Assembly: GCA_937898755.1 (NCBI GenBank)
Contig: CALEJU010000025.1
Location: forward strand, 16,000 to 79,999
Source: an uncultured Acidobacteriota bacterium
GTDB lineage: Bacteria; Acidobacteriota; Terriglobia; Terriglobales; SCQP01
DNA length: 64,000 bases
Direction: 5' to 3'
In this document: positions 59,585-64,000 of the stretch, in pieces
How the letters are laid out: each line of letters starts with the position of its first letter
Position numbering within the stretch: the first letter of the stretch is position 1
The notes under the pieces: generated by a model
Seen by the model: only the letters and a program-made list of their open reading frames with translations
Told to the model about the DNA's origin: nothing
The model's database searches: none
Position numbers and translations under genes: made by a program

Positions 59585-60990
59585 CGCAGCTCCTTGGGAC
59601 TGGGGCCGATGGGCGGCTGTGCGCCGGGCAGGTCAACAATGACCGTGGCGCGCGGGTGCGTCAGGTATTGCAATGCCGCCCGGGCGATGTCAGAAGACTT
59701 GACCTGCAGGTACTTGTTCAACTCGGTGTTGGCGGCACCGGGGTCGCCGTTCAGCAGGGCGGAGAGGGCGAGCAATTGCGAGCGGTCAAGAGTTGTCTGC
59801 TCACTGCGGATCCAGTTGGCGCGCAGCCGGGTGCGAGCACGATCCAGCTCTTCTGCCGGGACACCGTTCGCCACCATGTCGTGGATCTCGCGAAAGATCA
59901 GTTGCTCGACCAGGTCCTCGGTCGAGGTGGTCCCCTCGACTCTGGGGACGTTGTTTTTGTAAATGACCAGCCCGGAAAAGAGCCCGGGAGCGCGGTAGTC
60001 GGTGTAATCGGCTTCAGGGAACCCCAAGCCCCCATCCACGCTCAGTGCCACCTTGCGTGTCTTGACCAGCGATTGGTACAAGCGCGAGCTCTCGCCGTCG
60101 AACAGCAACTCGCCCAACATGGTTAGAGCGTAAAAGTCCGGGCTGTCCCGCGACGGTCCCTGCCAGGCGATGGCCAGCGCCGGAAGATTGGCATGCGCGT
60201 CATGCATGGTGACGTGCTTTTCGGCCGTTCGAGGCGGTTCCACGGTGTCGACCGGGACGATCGTGCCACGATCAGGAATCTGTCCGAAGTAACGTGTGAT
60301 CAACCCACGGGTCTGGACCGGGTCCATGTCGCCGACGATCGCCAGAACGCCGTTGCGGGGGGCGTAATAGGCATCGAAGAATGCCTTCACATCCGGCAGC
60401 GTGGCAGCATTCAGATCCTCAAAAGAGCCAATGACCGGGTGGGCGTTCTGCCAGTTGGAGAAGGACTGGGCACTGATCGCCAGATACTCCAGGGGGCCGT
60501 AAGGTTCATTGTCCACGCGCAGGCGCTTTTCCTCCTCGACCACTGAAATCTGGTTTTTCAAGTTGGCGGGCGTGACGTCGAGATGGGCGAGTCGATCGGC
60601 GTCGAGCCACGCCAGAAGGGGCAGGGCATTGCTGGGTGCGGTTTCAAAATAGAAGGTGTAATCCTCGTGCGTGCTGGCATTGTCGGTGCCCCCGTAACCC
60701 TCCACGAGATGATCGAACACACCCTTGGGGGCATGTTCCGAGCCTTCAAACATGAGGTGTTCAAACAGATGCGCGAAACCCGAGCGACCGGGATGTTCCT
60801 GTCGTCCACCGATATTGAACAGCATGCTTTCCGTAACCACCGGTAGCGAATGATCCTCGGAGAGGATCACCCGTAAGCCATTCGGCAGAGTGAACTGCGT
60901 AAAGGGAATCTGGGGTGCATCGGCACCCGATTGGGCCAGGGTCGGAAGACCGCTTGCCAGCAGAATTACTGTCAACAGTCCAAGGCGCAT
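59581..60990 (-). CDS. M16 (pitrilysin) family zinc peptidase, catalytic subunit
   Basis: GFAHLFEHLMF (HXXEH), NAST, EEKRLR, YYAPRN; signal peptide; AAGGAG RBS. Confidence 0.92.
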   Translation of the reverse strand: MRLGLLTVILLASGLPTLAQSGADAPQIPFTQFTLPNGLRVILSEDHSLPVVTESMLFNIGGRQEHPGRSGFAHLFEHLMFEGSEHAPKGVFDHLVEGYGGTDNASTHEDYTFYFETAPSNALPLLAWLDADRLAHLDVTPANLKNQISVVEEEKRLRVDNEPYGPLEYLAISAQSFSNWQNAHPVIGSFEDLNAATLPDVKAFFDAYYAPRNGVLAIVGDMDPVQTRGLITRYFGQIPDRGTIVPVDTVEPPRTAEKHVTMHDAHANLPALAIAWQGPSRDSPDFYALTMLGELLFDGESSRLYQSLVKTRKVALSVDGGLGFPEADYTDYRAPGLFSGLVIYKNNVPRVEGTTSTEDLVEQLIFREIHDMVANGVPAEELDRARTRLRANWIRSEQTTLDRSQLLALSALLNGDPGAANTELNKYLQVKSSDIARAALQYLTHPRATVIVDLPGAQPPIGPSPKELR

Positions 60991-61037
60991 GTGGGACTCC
61001 TTCCCCTTCGAACGGCGGACGACGCTATTATGGTCGC

Positions 61038-61601
61038 TCATGTCGGGCGGCGAGCCAACGCAAAGTGCGCGCGCCGCCGGTAATGCGGGGCGCCGGGAGG
61101 TGCGGTCGGGTCGGTTTCGAACAGCACCAGCGTCTCGACCGGTAAGCGGCCCCAGACCGGCCGATTGGTCGCCAACTGTGGAAGCAGCCCCGCCAGCATC
61201 CGTGGCGTCCGCGTCTTGGCCAGCGTGATGTGGGGATGAAACCGGCGCGTTTCGCGGACGAATCCCAAAGGGCCCAGAACGCTGTCGATTCGGGTGACCA
61301 GATCATCCAATGCCGCCGTGGGCTCCACGCCCGCCCACAATACTCGTGGCCGCCGCCGGTCGGGGAAAACATCGAGCCCGGCCAGCAGCAGGGCAAACGG
61401 TTCGCAGGATACGCTTCGTAGCGCGCGTGTTATCAGCGGCTCGTGTTCGACACCCACCTCGCCGAGAAATTGCAGAGTCATGTGCAGGTCGGCGGGTACG
61501 GTCCATGCGAGGGTGCCGACCGCCGCTCCGGACGTCGCCGCTGCGCCGGCCAGTGCGGTCCTGATTTCGTCGCTTAGATCGAGACCCACAAAAAGACGCA
61601 T
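61038..61601 (-). CDS. thpR: RNA 2',3'-cyclic phosphodiesterase (2H family)
   Basis: MRLFVGL, HMTLQF and HITL 2H motifs, PRVLWAG. Confidence 0.92.
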   Translation of the reverse strand: MRLFVGLDLSDEIRTALAGAAATSGAAVGTLAWTVPADLHMTLQFLGEVGVEHEPLITRALRSVSCEPFALLLAGLDVFPDRRRPRVLWAGVEPTAALDDLVTRIDSVLGPLGFVRETRRFHPHITLAKTRTPRMLAGLLPQLATNRPVWGRLPVETLVLFETDPTAPPGAPHYRRRAHFALARRPT

Positions 61602-61606
61602 GGTGG

Positions 61607-62281
61607 TTAGCCGCAGTCAGCCAGCACCCACGCCAGCAGTTCGGAAGCTGTGAAGTCCGAGATGGTGTGCTTCGCTCCAGCGGCCGTAAGAACGTGCGCC
61701 GGCTGTGTGCTGGTAACGCCGACGCAGCGCATCCCGGCGGCGCACCCGGCTTGGATGCCGGCCACCGCGTCCTCGACGACCGCGCAGGTGGCCGCGGCGC
61801 ATCCCAGCTTCGCTGCCGCAAGGAGATAGACTTCGGGGTCCGGTTTACCGCGACTCACGTCCTCGGCACTCACGTGGCCGTCAAAAAAATGCTCGAGATG
61901 CAATTCCTGGAGCATCAGTTCGAGATTGGCGCGGGGCGCGGAGGTGGCAACTGCCAATCGCAATCCATGGTTGCGCAATTGCTGTAGAAAGCCATGCAAG
62001 CCGGGGAACGGTTGAACCCGCCCACGAATCGCATCGCGAAAGAGGAGCTCCTTTTCGGCGGCGAGGGACTGTAAGCGCGCGGCGGGCAGCGGCCCGAGAA
62101 AATGGCGGAGAATGTCGACACTGATGCGTCCTCCCAGTCCATATTCCAACTCCGCGTCGCTGAGTTGCAGGCCCTCGCGCCGCGTGAGCGCCCGCCAAGC
62201 TTGCAGGTGAAAGGGATTGCTGTTGACCAGCACCCCGTCCATGTCGAACAGGACAGCACGGCAAGGGGACATAGGATCCAA
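61607..62281 (-). CDS. HAD-family phosphatase (beta-PGM-like)
   Basis: FDMDGVL, VATS, GKPDPEVY, VEDAVAGIQA. Confidence 0.92.
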   Translation of the reverse strand: MDPMSPCRAVLFDMDGVLVNSNPFHLQAWRALTRREGLQLSDAELEYGLGGRISVDILRHFLGPLPAARLQSLAAEKELLFRDAIRGRVQPFPGLHGFLQQLRNHGLRLAVATSAPRANLELMLQELHLEHFFDGHVSAEDVSRGKPDPEVYLLAAAKLGCAAATCAVVEDAVAGIQAGCAAGMRCVGVTSTQPAHVLTAAGAKHTISDFTASELLAWVLADCG

Positions 62282-62298
62282 GCGGGGAAGTAAATGAA

Positions 62299-62333
62299 AC
62301 CGCCCCTGCGAAGCGCAGCTTCGCAGGGGCGGT
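62299..62333 (-). terminator. Intrinsic terminator after the small basic protein gene
   Basis: Perfect 15-bp stem ACCGCCCCTGCGAAG / CTTCGCAGGGGCGGT, 5-nt loop, U-rich tail (TTCATTTACTT) on the minus strand. Confidence 0.8.
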
Positions 62334-62365
62334 GTGACGCTAACGATCAGCCACCGGAGGCGTGG

Positions 62366-62596
62366 TTACCCTTTCTTCGTTTGCGCGGCACGTGCCGCCC
62401 GCACTTTCGCCCAGCGCCGTTTCTGCGCTTCCGCGATACGGCGTCGGCCGGCCTCAGAAATATTGCGGCCTCCGCCACGCTTGGCCGGGCGTCCCGGCCC
62501 CCGCCCCTTTTCCAAACTGCGCAGCACGTCGAGAGCAGCTTCAATTCGCTTTCGCTGCTCCTCCAAGTCTTGAATCGCCTTACCAATAGTAGACAT
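62366..62596 (-). CDS. Small basic protein, putative nucleoid-associated/DNA-binding
   Basis: 76 aa; AAGGAG RBS; coiled-coil N-half, GRGPGRP, ISEAGRRRIAEAQKRRWAK; own promoter and terminator. Confidence 0.8.
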   Translation of the reverse strand: MSTIGKAIQDLEEQRKRIEAALDVLRSLEKGRGPGRPAKRGGGRNISEAGRRRIAEAQKRRWAKVRAARAAQTKKG

Positions 62597-62650
62597 TGCT
62601 CTCCTTGGATGGCGCAAACGCCCCTCGGCGCCGCGCTTTTAACTCACAGA

Positions 62651-62679
62651 CTTATATCTATGGTACGCCTGAATGTCAA
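62651..62679 (-). promoter_or_regulatory. Near-consensus sigma70 promoter
   Basis: TTGACA (62679-62674), 17-bp spacer, TATAAG (62656-62651) on the minus strand. Confidence 0.85.
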
Positions 62680-63089
62680 CTGGAACTTGTTGCAGTCAGT
62701 GTCAGGAAGGGCCGCTCACCCCCAATTGGGGGACAACAGTCGTAGGAGGGACCTGCCCTTTAACGAGCACATCCGGTACGAAAGCACACGTGATTGAACT
62801 TCCGCTGCGACCCTGAACTGAAATTCAATTACCTCGGTTGACTTGTTTCGGTCCAAGTCATGGCACCCGCCAAGCCGGGATTGAGGGAACGGATACGGCC
62901 CATGGCTCGCCGAGAAATACTCCTCGCGATTCCTCTGCGGTGCGGTATTGCCAATCGACTTGGATAAGGGCGCCAAATGAGCGTCAGAGGGCGTAGGCGC
63001 CGCGTGGACGAGGCGTCAGCGTCGCCGCGGCGGTTCCCCCGCCTGCGGGTCATGCCGCGGGCGCGCATGGGCTAAACTGGAAGCGGAGT

Positions 63090-63166
63090 CGGGGCGTAGC
63101 GCAGCCTGGTAGCGCACCTGCCTTGGGCGCAGGGGGTCGCCGGTTCAAATCCGGCCGCCCCGACCA
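63090..63166 (+). tRNA. tRNA-Pro (TGG)
   Basis: CGGGGCG/CGCCCCG acceptor, CCTGC-CTTGGGC-GCAGG anticodon arm, TTCAAAT, ACCA end. Confidence 0.95.
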
Positions 63167-63275
63167 GTGATGCCGACTGTTAGTTGTTTGATTCCAGCCC
63201 TTGCCGCGTCAGCTCTTGCACACTCGAATACGGGCTGGCGTCACACGCGCGCTCGGTCTAAGATCACAAGCGCTC

Positions 63276-64000
63276 ATGCGCGCTGCCATCCTTCTCGCAC
63301 CCCGCCAGTTCTCCATCACCGATCTGCCCACTCCTGAGATCGGTCCGCGCGACGTACTGGCGCGTCCCACCGCCGTCGGGATCTGTGGGACGGACTTCCA
63401 TATTTTCGAGGGACAGGCAAACTACAACTACGACCCGCAGGGACGCCCCGTTCCGCTGGAACAGAGCCCCCAAGTGTTGGGACATGAGATTGCCGCCGTG
63501 ATCGAGCGCGTGGGCAAGGAGGTGGACGATCTCCGCGTCGGTGATCGCGTCGTCGTTGACCAGGGATGGAACTGTTTCAGTCAAGGGCGTACACCCTGTG
63601 AGTACTGCGCCACCGGCGACCTGCACCAGTGCGAGTTTTATCTGGAACAGGGCATCTCGGGGATTCCGGGAGGCATGGCGGAACTCTTGCGGGTTCCTGC
63701 GGTGAATGCGGTTCGTGTCGCGGCCCATCTGCCAGTCCCGTTCGGAGCGATGACCGAACCTTTGGCCTGTATCCTCCACGCTCTGGAACTCGCACAACAG
63801 ACCTACACCCGCTATACGCTTCCCACCACCACGCGACCAGCCCCGGACAACCCGGTGCGCACGGCCTTGATATGTGGCGCGGGCCCCGCAGGGCTACTTT
63901 TTCTGCAATGCCTGCGCGGCGTGCTTGGCTTTACGGGTCCCGTGCTGGTCGTGGAACCGAATTCTGCCAAGCGCGCTCTCGTCGTCCGATTCGGTGGGGA
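63276..64000 (+). CDS. Zn-dependent alcohol dehydrogenase (MDR), runs off the window end
   Basis: Translated by hand: MRAAILLAP..GICGTDFHIF..LGHEIA..CEYCATGDLHQC..CGAGPAG; absent from the ORF track because it has no stop in the window. Confidence 0.9.
   Translation, partial: MRAAILLAPRQFSITDLPTPEIGPRDVLARPTAVGICGTDFHIFEGQANYNYDPQGRPVPLEQSPQVLGHEIAAVIERVGKEVDDLRVGDRVVVDQGWNCFSQGRTPCEYCATGDLHQCEFYLEQGISGIPGGMAELLRVPAVNAVRVAAHLPVPFGAMTEPLACILHALELAQQTYTRYTLPTTTRPAPDNPVRTALICGAGPAGLLFLQCLRGVLGFTGPVLVVEPNSAKRALVVRFGG

Noticed and set aside
62716-63068. Small minus-strand ORFs between the promoter and tRNA-Pro
   Set aside because: No motifs; probably regulatory spacer.
1-64000. CRISPR array, rRNA, prophage or defence operon
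   Set aside because: No regularly spaced repeats, rRNA signatures, or cas, phage structural or defence genes were recognised.

Overview
High-GC bacterial DNA, probably Acidobacteriota (inferred from the carboxypeptidase-like-domain TonB receptor and gene context; not verified). About 79-44217 is a mosaic Wzx/Wzy-dependent surface polysaccharide locus. It has a WbaP-type initiating transferase, a UpxY-type NusG paralog, wzc, wza, a KdnB/KdnA-like oxidase/aminotransferase pair and a legionaminic-acid-type pathway. It also has kdsB, three methyltransferases, a GT2-dehydrogenase fusion, a CDP-glucose/aminotransferase module, wzx, two Wzy-like proteins and an antisense 1049-aa tailspike-like secreted protein. 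Mobile-element debris includes a primase fragment, IS66 pieces, an IS630 element whose inverted repeats enclose a methyltransferase gene, and two diverged copies of a ~130-bp non-coding element in inverted orientation about 42 kb apart, bracketing the locus from upxY onward. Downstream lie tRNA-Met, ugd/rml/gmhA/uxs genes, a TonB receptor, tilS, ftsH, an M16 peptidase pair, thpR, a HAD enzyme, a small basic putative nucleoid protein with a near-consensus promoter, tRNA-Pro and a truncated Zn-dehydrogenase. No searches were run; family assignments come from recognised motifs.
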